In this document: piece by piece, positions 9,861-21,360 of the stretch
Layout of the letters: each line of letters begins with the position of its first letter
How positions within the stretch are numbered: position 1 is the first letter of the stretch
From: an uncultured delta proteobacterium
GTDB lineage: Bacteria; Desulfobacterota; Syntrophia; Syntrophales; UBA5619
Assembly (NCBI GenBank): GCA_963817385.1
Contig: CAWFOM010000014.1
Location: 17,811 to 81,810 of the forward strand
Length of the DNA: 64,000 nucleotides
Direction: 5' to 3'
Program-made: the position numbers and the translations under genes
Notes under the pieces: model-generated
The model's input: only the letters and a program-made list of their open reading frames with translations
The model's database searches: none
What the model was told of the DNA's origin: nothing

Positions 9861-10103
9861 ATGGAAGTAAGACTGAAGAAGGAATGGTTAGGACACCGCT
9901 CGGGAGATATTGTAAAGGTAACGGATGATTGTGCGAGCACGCTGTTTCAAAGAGATGCCGCAGAGCAGATGGAGCCGGAGAGTAACGGGGAAATCAAGCA
10001 AAAGATCAGGAGCATGATGGCGGAGAAGATAGTAAAATCACTTAAGACATTAAAGAAACACGCCGGGTCTTCCATTTCTTCCCTGCCGAGAAAAAGCAAT
10101 TGA
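9861..10103 (+). CDS. Hypothetical protein (80 aa)
   Basis: RBS GGAGG before ATG 9861; MEVRLKKEWLGHRSGDIVKV is reminiscent of L9-N-like small beta domains. Confidence 0.55.
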   Translation: MEVRLKKEWLGHRSGDIVKVTDDCASTLFQRDAAEQMEPESNGEIKQKIRSMMAEKIVKSLKTLKKHAGSSISSLPRKSN

Positions 10104-10365
10104 TATAATGAATGTAAACGGTTAGCGGGTATCCCTTTCAGTGGAATAACCCGTTGCACATGCCCCGAGAAACGGGAAAAAGAGAGCTGAAGTGCTCAAG
10201 CCAGAGGTGGGATCGTAAGCAGGTAAGTGGATACTTTGGTTACAAGTGGATATCAGAAGCGGATACTTTTTATCCATATTCTCTCCGGAAAAGATCTTCC
10301 CCCTGTCAACCGAAAACAGCTGTAGATATCGTTTTATCCGATAGTTACGCTTCCAAACAAAGGGA

Positions 10366-10380
10366 TGGCACATCCCTTGC
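10366..10380 (+). promoter_or_regulatory. Sigma-54 (-24/-12) promoter
   Basis: TGGCAC-ATCCC-TTGC, exact consensus with GG-N10-GC spacing. Confidence 0.75.
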
Positions 10381-10504
10381 GATATCCTTAAAGCAAAGCG
10401 GATTGCGTCGTTATAAAAAGAGAAGAGAGACTTACCCTATCGGCAGCAACCATCCCCTTTGCACCGATGGTTTCTGCAGCGTGAAACGACAAAGGAGAAC
10501 GGAG

Positions 10505-11129
10505 ATGATGATGACTGAATGCAAGAAAATACTGCTAAACCAGGCTGCCGGCACAGAGGGCATCAAAGACTTGTGTTTGGCTTCTGCTGCTTTCAGCGAT
10601 CGTTTCGGTGAGTGCATGCTATCCTGCGCCATATCGCGCCGCTCCACGATCCATGCCTGGAGATACCGTCGGGGCCCCAACATTCATCCCCCCTCAGGTG
10701 TATTTTTACCCGAGAGCGGGACAGACAACCGAGCAGCAATCCCGTGACCACTACGAATGTTATAATTGGGCGGTTAACCAGACCGGCTTCGATCCCGCTC
10801 AGTCATCGCTCCCGACCGATCAGCGCGTGAGGGTGGTGCCGATGCCCCCGCCGGGGTACGATACCGCCACTCTGGCAATAGCTGGTGCCGTGCTTGGCGC
10901 TCTGATCGGCGGACCGAGACATGCCGCGGGTGGCGCTCTGATCGGCGCAGCCGGAGGGGCTATCGCCGGTGCTGCATCGGATTCGGCGAGGCAGGAATCC
11001 GCCCTGCAGCAAGAGGAAGCTTATGCCGCGCGAGATCGGGCCCGCTACGCCAGTAGTGACGCAAGGGTCCTCGGTTTCCGACGTGCAATGTCCGCCTGTC
11101 TTGAAGGCCGCGGTTATAGCGTTCGATGA
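10505..11129 (+). CDS. Glycine-zipper lipoprotein (signal region broken by a +1 frameshift near 10538)
   Basis: Removing one A in CTAAAC gives MMMTECKKILLTRLPAQRASKTCVWLLLLSAIVSVSAC (lipobox) fused to ORF 10608..11129 with the GAVLGALIGG...GALIGAAGGAIAG zipper. Confidence 0.75.
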
Positions 11130-11177
11130 CGGCAATGAAAAATCGGTGTGAAGAACTGAAGAACCTTTTTTGATTTT

Positions 11178-11867
11178 ATGGAGGCAAGAGCCATGACCTA
11201 TCATTACCATGCGAATAGATACCTTACCCTGGGGTTGATGTTGGTTGTGCTATCGGGTATCCTACTGTTCGGGTTGACGCGAGTCGCCGATGCGGATAGC
11301 CGCGGGGGCCACAATCGCGAATTCCGCGATTCACGTTATCATCTTGACCGTTCCTACCCGGCACGCGGTCAGGAAATCAGAGCATTGCCCCGCGACCATC
11401 GGGTGGTGGTTCACGGTGGTGCACGATACTACTTCTCCGGGGGCGTCTGGTACCGACCGCGGGGGCCGCGTTTCATCATCACCGCACCGCCATTCGGTCT
11501 TTTTGTCCCTTTCCTGCCGCCCTATTATGCAACAATCTGGGTAGCCGGAGTGCCATACTACTATGCCAATGAGATCTATTATGCCCACCGGGGAGACGGC
11601 TATGTCGTTGTCGAGCCGCCGAAGGAGGAGGCCAGCCAGACGCCGCCGCCTGCGGACCAGATGTTCATCTATCCCCGCCTGGGCCAGAGCGAACAGAAAC
11701 AGGCGGATGACCGTTATGATTGCCACCGGTGGGCGGTCAGCCAGACAAGCTTCGACCCGACTCAGCCGCCCGGAAGCCCGGCCGAACCGCCAAAGCCCGA
11801 GAAGCGCGCGGATTATCAGCGGGCCATGGGCGCCTGCCTCGATGGTCGCGGTTATACCGTGAAATAA
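11178..11867 (+). CDS. Exported Pro/Tyr-rich protein (DUF6515-like) with C-terminal two-Cys domain
   Basis: Signal/TM segment; YYFSGGVWYRP...PPFG...LPP...GVPYYY...GYVVVEPP pattern; C-terminal domain similar to the upstream lipoprotein. Confidence 0.75.
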   Translation: MEARAMTYHYHANRYLTLGLMLVVLSGILLFGLTRVADADSRGGHNREFRDSRYHLDRSYPARGQEIRALPRDHRVVVHGGARYYFSGGVWYRPRGPRFIITAPPFGLFVPFLPPYYATIWVAGVPYYYANEIYYAHRGDGYVVVEPPKEEASQTPPPADQMFIYPRLGQSEQKQADDRYDCHRWAVSQTSFDPTQPPGSPAEPPKPEKRADYQRAMGACLDGRGYTVK

Positions 11868-11951
11868 CGGGGGAAGATGGCCGTTTACGGCCAGAACCCC
11901 GGAAGGAAGAGCTCCACGGAAAAGCAAGGGAGCATCGGGAGAACAGCAAGA

Positions 11952-12797
11952 TTACCTCCCGGTGGTCAAATGCCCCTCAAGCCACGTCTCGACGTCGGCA
12001 AGCACCTGGTCGTGTTCCGGCTCGTTAAACACCTCGTGGTATAAACCGTCGTAGACGATGAGCTTCTTATCGGCGGAGGAGACCGTGTTATAGAGCAGCC
12101 GGGCGCCGGTCGGATCGACCAGTTTGTCCGCACCACCCTGCACGATCAGAAGAGGGAGGGTGATTTGTCCCGCCTCCGCCCGGATGCGCTCCATCGCGCC
12201 GAGCATTTCGGCGCCCAGCCGCGCCGTTATTTTCTCCTTGCACACCAGCGGATCGGCCAGATACGCCTCCACCACCGCAGGATCGCGGCTCACATCCCCC
12301 GCCTGTAGCGGTACCAGCCCCATCCGGGGGATCAGGAAGGAAAGCATCCGGCCCGCCACAATGACCGCTTTCGGGATATTGCCGGGCGGCTTGACCGCCG
12401 GACCGGAAAGGACGGCCCCGGCCAGTCCGGCCTGGTGAACAGTCAGATACAGTGCGCCGATCAGTCCCCCCATACTGTGCCCAACCAGGAAAACCGGTTT
12501 GCCGGGCTGCCAATCGCGGATCATGTCAAAGATTGCCTTAAGCGGCTCCGTATAATCGGTGAAATGCTCCACGTAAAGCCGCTGCCCGTCCGACCTGCCG
12601 TGCCCGAGGTGGTCAATTCCGTAGACGGCATAGCCCCGGGGAACGAAGCGGTTGACGACGTTCATATACCGCCCGCTGTGTTCCCCCAGCCCGTGCACGA
12701 TGAAGAGCGTGGCCTTCACCGCCCCCTCCGGCAGCCAGCACTGGTAATAGAGGCTGGCATTCCGAACGCCTTTGAAGAACCCATCCTGATGCTTCAT
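11952..12797 (-). CDS. Alpha/beta hydrolase (lysophospholipase/monoacylglycerol lipase family)
   Basis: VHGLGEHSGRY, DHLGHGRS, GHSMGG nucleophile elbow, YHEVFNE. Confidence 0.92.
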   Translation of the reverse strand: MKHQDGFFKGVRNASLYYQCWLPEGAVKATLFIVHGLGEHSGRYMNVVNRFVPRGYAVYGIDHLGHGRSDGQRLYVEHFTDYTEPLKAIFDMIRDWQPGKPVFLVGHSMGGLIGALYLTVHQAGLAGAVLSGPAVKPPGNIPKAVIVAGRMLSFLIPRMGLVPLQAGDVSRDPAVVEAYLADPLVCKEKITARLGAEMLGAMERIRAEAGQITLPLLIVQGGADKLVDPTGARLLYNTVSSADKKLIVYDGLYHEVFNEPEHDQVLADVETWLEGHLTTGR

Positions 12798-12809
12798 TGA
12801 AGAACCTCC

Positions 12810-14147
12810 CTATTTTCTCTCCTCTCCAAGGATCCCCGTTACCCAGTCGAGGTTGACGCGGGCAACGAGGTAGTCGCGGCGGGCACGACTCAGGCTGCTC
12901 TTGGCCTGCCGGAGGTTGAACTCGGCGTCCTCCACCTCCAGGCGGATTTTGACCCCCAGTTCATAACCCTTTTCCGCCATCGCCAGGAGCCGCTCCACCT
13001 GGATTACCGTGCCGGAAAGGGAGCGGACGATCTCCTCCGACTCCTGCACGGCGTTTACTGCATCACGGGTCTCGAGGGCGACCGTATCGATCTGCTTCGC
13101 CTCGTCGATCTGGATCCGGCGGAGATCGCTTTCGGCCTGGGCGACCCTCCCTTTTGTGCGGAAGCCGTCGAAGAAGGGATAGCTGAACTGGACGCCGACG
13201 CTCCAGGAGGGACCGTCCCCGTATATCGATGGCTGCTCTATGGAGTTCCAGCCGTACGAACCTTTCATGTCGACACGCGGCTTGTCCTGTGCGCCTGCCA
13301 GCACTACCAGTTCCCGGTAGACACTGATCCGGTGGCGGATGTCGGCAAGGTCCGGCCGCTTCTCACGAGCCAGGGCGAAAACCTCGTCGTAGAACCGGTG
13401 GGGAGTAAGGTCGGGCTCCAGCCTCCCATTCACATCGACCTCCCCGTTTTCGATGGCGAGGAGGAAGCGCAGCCGTTCCCGTGCGGTACGGATCTGATTT
13501 TCCGTCCGGATCGTTTCGGGACGGGCGTTTTCCACCGATACTTCAGCCGCGAGGACGTCGTAATCGGTGGCCACACCCGCCTGGAGTCTCCGTCTCGCTT
13601 CTTCCAGGTGCCGGTTCTTCTGATCGAGGTTATGAAGCGCCAGAGCATAGAGTTCCCGCGCGAGGAGTACGTCATAAAATGCGGCGGAGACGTCTCGCTT
13701 GGCCGCCTGCTGATAGACGCGCAGTTGCTCTTCGGCTGACTGGAGGCCGACCTTCGCCGCCCGAATCGCCGCGCTCACCTGGCCCCAGGTGAAGAGGGGC
13801 TGGGTCAGACTGATCTGGGCTGAACGCCGGTCCGTCCGCTCGGTCATCATAGGGCCGTAGATTATCTGGCTCTCATCCCGGTCCCGGCTCACAGAAACGG
13901 TGGCCGCGAGCTGCGGAAAGGCGGCTGCCCGCTCCTCCACGTACTTTCCCTTCGCCCAGGCGATGTACGCACGGGCCTTTTCGATATCCCGGTTCTTTTC
14001 CGCAGTGATTGCCAGCGCCTCCTCCAGTGTCAATACCCACGTTTGGGCATACACCGGCGCCGCAGCCAGGAGCAGGACCGCCGTCAAAAAGATAATGGCT
14101 ATCCCCAAACGGCAGGGAAAGCCACTTTTTTTATGCCGAATCCTCAT
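12810..14147 (-). CDS. TolC-family outer-membrane efflux protein
   Basis: Signal peptide, LTLEEAL, two OEP repeats (QPLFTWG, YPFFDGF); overlaps the RND gene stop. Confidence 0.92.
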   Translation of the reverse strand: MRIRHKKSGFPCRLGIAIIFLTAVLLLAAAPVYAQTWVLTLEEALAITAEKNRDIEKARAYIAWAKGKYVEERAAAFPQLAATVSVSRDRDESQIIYGPMMTERTDRRSAQISLTQPLFTWGQVSAAIRAAKVGLQSAEEQLRVYQQAAKRDVSAAFYDVLLARELYALALHNLDQKNRHLEEARRRLQAGVATDYDVLAAEVSVENARPETIRTENQIRTARERLRFLLAIENGEVDVNGRLEPDLTPHRFYDEVFALAREKRPDLADIRHRISVYRELVVLAGAQDKPRVDMKGSYGWNSIEQPSIYGDGPSWSVGVQFSYPFFDGFRTKGRVAQAESDLRRIQIDEAKQIDTVALETRDAVNAVQESEEIVRSLSGTVIQVERLLAMAEKGYELGVKIRLEVEDAEFNLRQAKSSLSRARRDYLVARVNLDWVTGILGEERK

Positions 14148-17100
14148 GCCTCGTTATTCCTCCGAAATCCGAACTTTCCGGTCACCCACGTTCCCAAATC
14201 CTCGATGAGTGTATACATCACCGGCACGACCAAGAGTGTCAACAGCGTGGACGTCAGGAGTCCGCCGACCACCGCGCGTGCCATCGGCGCCCGCATCTCC
14301 GCACCTGCCCCGATCGCCAGCGCCAGCGGCAGCATCCCGAAGATCATCGCGAGCGTCGTCATGACGATGGGGCGGAGCCGTGTCCGCCCGGCAGTGATCA
14401 CCGCCTCCCGCCGCTCCATCCCGCGACCGCGCAGGACTTTTGCATAATCGACCAGCAGGATCGCATTTTTCGTCACGAGCCCCATCAGCATGATGAGCCC
14501 GATCAACGACATGATATTGACCGTGTCCCCGGTCATGAGGAGCATCACGGCCATCCCGACGATGGAAAGTGGGAGTGAGAACATGATCGCCAGAGGCTCC
14601 AGAAAGGACTCGAACTGGGCGGCCAGAATGAAGTAGACGAAGAGCACCGCCAGGATGAGGGCCTCGGCCATGTACCCAAACGTCTCGGCCATGAGCTCCG
14701 CGTCTCCGGAAAATACAACCTGGTAACCCGGCGCCAGCGCAAGCTGTTTTGACGCCTCCTCCACCTTCTTCACGGCCGTGCCGAGGGGAAGACGGTCAAG
14801 GTTGGCGCTGACCGTTACCTGTCGGGTCAGCTCCTGCCGGTTGATCTCCGAGGGGGTGGCATAGGCCGAATAAGAGACAAGGTTTGACAGAGGCAGGAGC
14901 GTCGTAGACCCTTTGCCGTTCGCCACAGCAAGGCGCAGGTTCCGAACCTGATCAGGGTTCTCCCGTAACCTCTCGGGAAGACGCACGCGGATGTCTACGG
15001 CATCGCCGTCCTCGTCCTCATAGGTGGAGACCACCTCTCCACCGACCAGGGCGCCTACTATCCGGACGATATGATCGGTCATCACCCCGGCGCTCGCCGC
15101 CTTCTCGCGGTCCACGACAAGCCGGTATTCGGGAATGTCGTGCTCAAGGCTGATCTCGATGTCCCTGATCCCCTGTATTGCATACATCTTGTTGCGGAGC
15201 TCGGACGCATAGGCCTTGAGTCGCGCGATGTCCGTCCCGCGAAGGTTGACCTGGAGAGGCTTCTGGCTCTGACCGGACTCGTTGAGTTCCTCGATGGATG
15301 TGATGATTCCGGGAAGCTGGATAAAACTCCGGCGGAAATCCTGCTGCACATCCTTCTGGCCAAGCTCCCGCGCCGACCGTTTCTTGAGCTTGACGAAGAT
15401 GACGCCGCTTCGGACCGTGCCACTGTCTCCCGCACCGATTGTGGCGTAGGTATGAGCCACGGCCGGATGGGTGCGGATCGCGCCGAGAAGCGCCTCCAGG
15501 CGTCCCCGGCTCTCCGCAATCGAGGCGTCCGGTGCGGTCTTGAAGGTCACGTTGAATTCCCCGCTGTCGATGTCCGGAAAGAAGGCGGATTGGAGCGAAC
15601 CGAAGGCCATGATCCCGCCGGCAAAGGCCGCCAGGGCGATCCCGAGAACCGTTTTACGATGGTCAAGGGCCCAGCCGATCACTCGGCGGTAACCGTCGGA
15701 CGCCCGGTCGAACCAGACATTGAATTTCTCCAGCAGCTTCGCCAAGCCGCTCCTCTTTCCCTTGGCCGTGATCGCCGGATCGTGCCAGCGCGAGGAGAGC
15801 ATCGGGTCCAAGGTGAAGGAGACAAGCAGAGAGACGAGGACGGCAAACGCGACCGTCATTCCGAATTGGAAGAAAAATCGGCCGACGACCCCCTTCATGA
15901 AGGCAACCGGCACGAAGACGGCCACGATCGACATCGTCGTGGCGAACACGGCGAGCCCGATCTCGCTCGTCCCGTAGCGGGCGGCGGTTAAATGGTCCTC
16001 CCCGCGTTCCAGGTGGCGAACGATGTTCTCCCGAACGACGATCGCATCGTCGATCAGCAGTCCGATGGCCAGCGACAGGGCCATCATCGTCATCACGTTG
16101 ATCGACATCCCCAGCGCCTTCATGATGATAAACGACGACATCACCGAGATCGGCAGCGTCACCCCCGTGATCACCGTGGAGCGCCAGGAGTTGATGAAAC
16201 AAAAGACGATCAGGATCGTCAGGATGCCGCCCAGGATCAGGGTCTGTTGGACGTCGTCGAGGGATTCGCGGATGAATAGGGAGCTGTCGCGGACGACCGA
16301 TATCGTCGTCCCCGGGGGGAGCTCGGCCCGCATGCCTTCCGCCGTCCGTTTGACCGTGTCGGCGACCTCGACGATGTTGGCCCCGGCCTGCTTGAGGATA
16401 TCCAGCGAGACGGCCGGGATCCCGTTGACGAGAGAGATCGAGCGCTGTTCCTCGACCCCGTCCCTCACCTCGGCGACCTCCCCGAGGCGGATCGGCCGGC
16501 CGTTACGCACGGTAATCGCCATCTCCCGAAACTGCTCGACGCGTTCGGGCTTACCCAAGACCCGGAGGTTGACCTCCGTCGCCCCCCGGTTCAGACGGCC
16601 CAGAGGGGTATTCACGTTTTCCGATCTGAGTCCGGCCACGACGGTGTCAATTCCGAGTCCCAGGGCGTTGAGCCGCTCAGGATCGATGATCACATTGACT
16701 TCACGCTTCGCCGCACCGACCAGGTCCACCTTGCCCACCCCGGCGATCCCTTCGAACCGGCGTTTGACGGTCTTCTCAACCAGGACGGTCAGGTCCCGGG
16801 GCGAAAGCGTTTCCGACCGGACGGCAAGCGACACAACGGGCACGGCGTTGAAATCCAGCTTCTGGATGATCGGCTCCTCGATCCCCTTGGGAAGGATGCC
16901 GCGGATGGCGTTCACCTTGGCGCGCGCCTCCTGAGTCACCTCGTTGAGCCTCTCCTCCAGGCGGAATTCGACCACGACGGTGGAAACCCCCTCACGGGAG
17001 AAGGAGTAGACGTGCCTAACACCGGAGATGCCATTGACGGCCTCCTCAACCCTTTTGGAAACCTCGCGTTCAACGCTCTCGGGGCCTGCGCCGGGGAATT

Positions 17101-17248
17101 TCGTCACTATGGAAAGGACAGGGATCTCCACGTTCGGGTACATCTCGACGGAGAGCCACCGGTATGAGAAGATCCCCAGCGTAACAAGTACCAGCATCAG
17201 CACGGTCGCGAAGACCGGCCGGCGAATGGAAAGATCGGACAGGATCAT
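14144..17248 (-). CDS. RND efflux permease (AcrB/AcrD/AcrF family)
   Basis: 1034 aa; [37 protein letters not shown] motifs. Confidence 0.96.
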   Translation of the reverse strand: MILSDLSIRRPVFATVLMLVLVTLGIFSYRWLSVEMYPNVEIPVLSIVTKFPGAGPESVEREVSKRVEEAVNGISGVRHVYSFSREGVSTVVVEFRLEERLNEVTQEARAKVNAIRGILPKGIEEPIIQKLDFNAVPVVSLAVRSETLSPRDLTVLVEKTVKRRFEGIAGVGKVDLVGAAKREVNVIIDPERLNALGLGIDTVVAGLRSENVNTPLGRLNRGATEVNLRVLGKPERVEQFREMAITVRNGRPIRLGEVAEVRDGVEEQRSISLVNGIPAVSLDILKQAGANIVEVADTVKRTAEGMRAELPPGTTISVVRDSSLFIRESLDDVQQTLILGGILTILIVFCFINSWRSTVITGVTLPISVMSSFIIMKALGMSINVMTMMALSLAIGLLIDDAIVVRENIVRHLERGEDHLTAARYGTSEIGLAVFATTMSIVAVFVPVAFMKGVVGRFFFQFGMTVAFAVLVSLLVSFTLDPMLSSRWHDPAITAKGKRSGLAKLLEKFNVWFDRASDGYRRVIGWALDHRKTVLGIALAAFAGGIMAFGSLQSAFFPDIDSGEFNVTFKTAPDASIAESRGRLEALLGAIRTHPAVAHTYATIGAGDSGTVRSGVIFVKLKKRSARELGQKDVQQDFRRSFIQLPGIITSIEELNESGQSQKPLQVNLRGTDIARLKAYASELRNKMYAIQGIRDIEISLEHDIPEYRLVVDREKAASAGVMTDHIVRIVGALVGGEVVSTYEDEDGDAVDIRVRLPERLRENPDQVRNLRLAVANGKGSTTLLPLSNLVSYSAYATPSEINRQELTRQVTVSANLDRLPLGTAVKKVEEASKQLALAPGYQVVFSGDAELMAETFGYMAEALILAVLFVYFILAAQFESFLEPLAIMFSLPLSIVGMAVMLLMTGDTVNIMSLIGLIMLMGLVTKNAILLVDYAKVLRGRGMERREAVITAGRTRLRPIVMTTLAMIFGMLPLALAIGAGAEMRAPMARAVVGGLLTSTLLTLLVVPVMYTLIEDLGTWVTGKFGFRRNNEA

Positions 17249-17251
17249 GAC

Positions 17252-18412
17252 TCAGCTCCCCTGCTTCCGAGCGATGATGAGCTTGTCGCCCTCTTTGACG
17301 TTGAAGGCACCCCTGACGACATAGGTCTCTGCGGGCTTGAGGCCGGCGGTGATTTCCACCCCGCCCTCCGTCGCGAGACCCGTCCGGACCTCCCGGGACT
17401 TCGCCCGGTCTCCCTCGACGATGACGAGCTTCGCCTTCCTTCCCGCCACATCCCAACCCGAGAGGGCCTCACGGGGCACGAGGATGACCCCGTCGCGCTT
17501 CCCCGTCACAATCCTTCCTTGAACGAACAGTCCCCCTTTGAGTTCGCCCGCTGCGTTGTTTACCTCGGCAATGACACGGACCGAACGATCGATTTCGCTT
17601 ACCGCCGGGTTGATGAACATCACCTTCCCCGAAAAATTCCTGCCGGAGAAGGCGTCCGTGGTGAACTGGAGCGGCTGCCCCAGGCGGAGCCCGGCCATCG
17701 CACCCGAAGGGACGGTGACCGTCAGATTCAGGATGCCGTTGTCGACGATGTGGAAGAGCGGCTGGTTTGCACCGGCCTCGCCGACGAGATCACCCACGTT
17801 CGCGCGGCATTCCGAGACGATCCCCGTGATCGGGGAGACGACCAGCCCCTTGGCGAGGCGGGTCCGCACCTGGCTGAGGTCCTCCTCCGCGGCGCGGACC
17901 TGGGCGCGCGCCGCCTCGACCCGCGACGCCGCCGCCTCCGCCTCGGTCCCGGCATCATCGAGTCCCTGCTCAGTCGCGAGCCCCGCTTCTTTGAGTTTCC
18001 TCATCCGGTCGAGTTCGCGCCGGGCACGGTTATCGGCGACCCGGGCCTGGAGCTGCGCGGATTTCGCCGACTCCAGCGCCGCCTCGGTCCGCTTGACAAA
18101 AGCCTCCTGCTCTCGGACGTCGATCCTGGCCAGCGGATCCCCCTTCTTCACCCGGATCCACTCCCGGACGTATACCTCGCTGACGAGACCGGTCAGTTCG
18201 GATTTCACGTCCACCTCGAACTTGGGGGCCAGGGTCCCCGTCACGTCTATCCCCTCCGTCAGGGCGCCGGCCGCCGCTACAGCCGCCTCCACGGCGACGG
18301 GCGGACGGACGGCCTCCGGGGCCGCCTGTTTTGCCGCCTCTCCGCCTCCCGAACAGGCCGCGATGAGAAAAACCGCCGCCGGAATGAATGCAAAAAACAG
18401 GATCCGTTTCAT
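17252..18412 (-). CDS. RND periplasmic adaptor (membrane fusion lipoprotein)
   Basis: Lipobox IAAC, VKKGDPLARID lipoyl half, coiled hairpin, SPITGIV. Confidence 0.93.
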   Translation of the reverse strand: MKRILFFAFIPAAVFLIAACSGGGEAAKQAAPEAVRPPVAVEAAVAAAGALTEGIDVTGTLAPKFEVDVKSELTGLVSEVYVREWIRVKKGDPLARIDVREQEAFVKRTEAALESAKSAQLQARVADNRARRELDRMRKLKEAGLATEQGLDDAGTEAEAAASRVEAARAQVRAAEEDLSQVRTRLAKGLVVSPITGIVSECRANVGDLVGEAGANQPLFHIVDNGILNLTVTVPSGAMAGLRLGQPLQFTTDAFSGRNFSGKVMFINPAVSEIDRSVRVIAEVNNAAGELKGGLFVQGRIVTGKRDGVILVPREALSGWDVAGRKAKLVIVEGDRAKSREVRTGLATEGGVEITAGLKPAETYVVRGAFNVKEGDKLIIARKQGS

Positions 18413-19062
18413 ATACTTTTTCCCTTTCCCTTGCCGTTAACGGCCGCCAGACCATCGAAGACCAGGTTCAGAAGCCGCCGGAGGACCTTCCGGTCGATCC
18501 GGGAAGCCTGGCAGCAGATCTGGTCCTCGATCGCGATCTCCATGGTGCCGAGGACGATCCATGCCATATCTCCGGCGTTTCCGGGCCGGAATTCGCCCCG
18601 TTCGATTCCCTCCTCCAGCAAGCGGGTGATGAGGTCATGATACCGCTGATGGTAGGCGTCAAAGTCGAAGTAGGGGGCCTCACCGGGCGGTCCGTAGTAG
18701 ACGGCATGCATCAGGCGGATGAAATCGCGGTCCTGCCGCACGTAGTTGAAACCCTCATCCAGCATCGCCGTCAGCCGCTTCCGGACGCTCCCCTCCCCCT
18801 TCCGGTAGACGTCGACCACTGCTTCGAGACGGCCGAAGTGCGTCCGCATCAGTTCGAGGAAGAGACCCTCCTTGCTCTTGAAGTAGTAGTAGAGGGCCGG
18901 CTTCGTCACTCCCGCCTCCTTGACAAGTTCCCGGACCGTCGTCGCGGTATAGCCCCTCTGCGTGAACAGCTTGAGCGCCGCCCGCATGAGCTCCTCCCGG
19001 ATATATCCTTCCGGCTTCAACGATGACCCTTCCGGTTTCTCCCCCTGCCCTCTTCCTGCCAT
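18409..19062 (-). CDS. TetR/AcrR-family regulator of the efflux operon
   Basis: LFTQRGYTATTVRELVKEAGVTKPALYYYFKSKEGL HTH; RBS AAGGAG before ATG 19062. Confidence 0.92.
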   Translation of the reverse strand: MAGRGQGEKPEGSSLKPEGYIREELMRAALKLFTQRGYTATTVRELVKEAGVTKPALYYYFKSKEGLFLELMRTHFGRLEAVVDVYRKGEGSVRKRLTAMLDEGFNYVRQDRDFIRLMHAVYYGPPGEAPYFDFDAYHQRYHDLITRLLEEGIERGEFRPGNAGDMAWIVLGTMEIAIEDQICCQASRIDRKVLRRLLNLVFDGLAAVNGKGKGKSI

Positions 19063-19083
19063 GATCAATACTCCTTTCCGTTC

Positions 19084-19103
19084 TATACCGAGCGGTAGGT
19101 ATA
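19084..19103. promoter_or_regulatory. Probable TetR operator
   Basis: Nested palindrome TATACC...GGTATA with inner TACCG-AG-CGGTA, downstream of a minus-strand TTGACA (19124-19119). Confidence 0.55.
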
Positions 19104-19272
19104 CTGTCCGCGACCGTTTGTCAAGAAAAAAATATAGCCGACCCAATCCCCACGCCTTCCCGCACTTTGCGTTTTCCCCGTTTCTGTGTATAATGAATCT
19201 CCCCGATAGGATATCGTACCCCTGCACACCGGCAGATAATGGCAGTCGGGGAAAATTGGATCCTCTTTCACC

Positions 19273-19650
19273 ATGAAACTCAACCGGAAGGAGTTCGACA
19301 GAGCGGTGCAGCGGGCGTACAACCGCATTCCGAGAGAAATCCGGGATCGGATGGAAAACGTCGTCCTTACCGTGAAGAAGCGCCCCGCGCGGGAGATGCT
19401 GGAGGAGTTGGGGTATCCCGCGGATGAGCCGCTCCTGGGTCTCTACGAGGGTGCATCTCTCCCGGAGTACTCGTTCTTTGCCCCGCCCCCCCTCCAACCG
19501 GACACGATCACCATCTTTCAGGAGCCCCTGGAGGAGATGTGCGAAAGCATCGCCGAACTGGAGCGGGAGATCGAGATCACCGTCGTCCACGAGGTCGCCC
19601 ACTTCCTCGGGATCAGCGAGGAGCGCCTGGAGGAGTTGGGGTACGAGTGA
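19273..19650 (+). CDS. Zincin-like minimal metallopeptidase family protein
   Basis: LLGLYEG, PDTITIFQ, TVVHEVAHFLG (HExxH). Confidence 0.9.
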   Translation: MKLNRKEFDRAVQRAYNRIPREIRDRMENVVLTVKKRPAREMLEELGYPADEPLLGLYEGASLPEYSFFAPPPLQPDTITIFQEPLEEMCESIAELEREIEITVVHEVAHFLGISEERLEELGYE

Positions 19651-19665
19651 AAGGACACATGCAGG

Positions 19666-21210
19666 ATGGCAATTGAGATGCTGGGCTGGCTGATTCTCGG
19701 GCTGGCGGCGGGTGGCATCGCGGCTTTTTTTGCGATCCGGCCACAGATCCGTTCGGTCGGGGAGAGCGCCCGACAGGCGGCCGAGGCCGAGCGCGCGGCG
19801 CTCTTCGAGCGGCTCCAGGGGCGCGAGGAGCAGCTCCGGCAGGCAAAGGAGAACCTGACAGACGCCCAGGCCGAGTTCACCGCCCTGCGCAACGAGCTGA
19901 TCAGGCAGACGGAGCGGCGAGCGGCCGCCGAGGAGAAGAACACCCGTATCCCGGAGCTGGAGCTTCTCGCCGGGACGAAAGACGCTCTCATCCTGAAGCT
20001 CCAGGCGGAAAAAGGAGATCTCCGGACGCGCCTGTCGGAGACGGAGGTAAAACAGGATGAGGAGAGGCGCGCGGCTGAAGAGAAACTTGCCCTCCTGGAG
20101 GACGCCCGCTGCCGGCTATCCGACGCCTTTCAGGCCCTCTCCGCCGAGGCCCTCCGAAGCAACAACCAATCCTTCCTCGACTTGGCGAAGGCAACGCTGG
20201 AGAAGTACCAAGAGGGCGCCCGAAACGACCTGACATCCCGCCAGCGGGCCATCGACGAGCTGATCAAACCGCTGAAGGAGTCCCTGGAAAAGGTCGACGG
20301 CCGGATCCGCGAGATCGAGCAGGTCCGTACGACCGCCTATGCGACACTCACCGAGCAGCTCAAATCCCTGGTCCTGACGCAGGGCCGCCTGGAGGGTGAG
20401 ACGGCAAACCTCGTCCGAGCCCTCCGGATGCCCGCCGTCCGGGGCCGATGGGGAGAGATCCAGCTCCAGCGGGTCGTCGAGATGGCCGGGATGGTCGAGT
20501 ACTGCGACTTCGTCCAGCAGGAATCGTCAACGACCGAAAACGGCCGCCTCCGGCCCGACATGATCATCCGTCTTCCCAATGAGAAGAACGTTGTCATCGA
20601 CGCTAAGGCGCCGCTCCAGGCCTACCTGGACGCACTGGAAGCGCCGGATGAGGCGACGCGGACGGCACGGCTCAGGGATCACGCCCGGCAGATCCGCGTC
20701 CATCTTCAAGCCCTCGGGGCAAAGGCCTACTGGGAGCAGTTCAAACCCACCCCGGAGTTCGCGGTCCTGTTCCTCCCGGGCGAGACATTCTTCAGCGCCG
20801 CCCTGGAGCAGGACCCCACCCTGATCGAGTACGGCGTGGATCAACGGGTGATCCTGGCGACACCGACGACGCTCATCGCGCTCCTCAGGGCGGTCGCCTA
20901 CGGCTGGCGCCAGGAGAAGATAGCCGAAAACGCCGAGGAGATCAGCCGTCTGGGGCGGCTGCTCTACGAACGCATCGCGACAATGACCGGCCATCTCTCC
21001 GGCCTCGGGAAGAATCTGGACAACGCCGTAGAAGCCTACAACAGGGCTGTCGGCTCCTTCGAGACCCGCGTCCTGGTGACGGCCCGCAAGTTCCGGGATC
21101 TCGGCGCCTCGACGAACGGGGAGATCGATCCCCTCGAAGGGGTGGAGAAGAGCGCCCGGCCGCTCCTTACCGAGCAGGCAGGAGGTGATTCGGCGGGAAC
21201 GCAAGGGTGA
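19666..21210 (+). CDS. rmuC: DNA recombination protein RmuC
   Basis: N-terminal TM and coiled coil, [35 protein letters not shown]. Confidence 0.93.
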   Translation: MAIEMLGWLILGLAAGGIAAFFAIRPQIRSVGESARQAAEAERAALFERLQGREEQLRQAKENLTDAQAEFTALRNELIRQTERRAAAEEKNTRIPELELLAGTKDALILKLQAEKGDLRTRLSETEVKQDEERRAAEEKLALLEDARCRLSDAFQALSAEALRSNNQSFLDLAKATLEKYQEGARNDLTSRQRAIDELIKPLKESLEKVDGRIREIEQVRTTAYATLTEQLKSLVLTQGRLEGETANLVRALRMPAVRGRWGEIQLQRVVEMAGMVEYCDFVQQESSTTENGRLRPDMIIRLPNEKNVVIDAKAPLQAYLDALEAPDEATRTARLRDHARQIRVHLQALGAKAYWEQFKPTPEFAVLFLPGETFFSAALEQDPTLIEYGVDQRVILATPTTLIALLRAVAYGWRQEKIAENAEEISRLGRLLYERIATMTGHLSGLGKNLDNAVEAYNRAVGSFETRVLVTARKFRDLGASTNGEIDPLEGVEKSARPLLTEQAGGDSAGTQG

Positions 21211-21360
21211 CCCCCCGCTCTGCCTCGTGCATGTCGAGATGGAAAAGAGTGCCGACCCGTTCTACAGTGGTTGGGACAGGAAAAGGATCGAGGAGCTGCT
21301 AGGGTTCTGGCATGCAGGCGGCAAAAGCCGCCGTGTTTGCCGCTGATCAATTTCTCGCAT

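Noticed and set aside
19063..19602. N-terminal extension of the 397-aa TetR ORF
   Set aside because: It overlaps the opposite-strand metallopeptidase and the operator region; the real start is ATG 19062 with an RBS.
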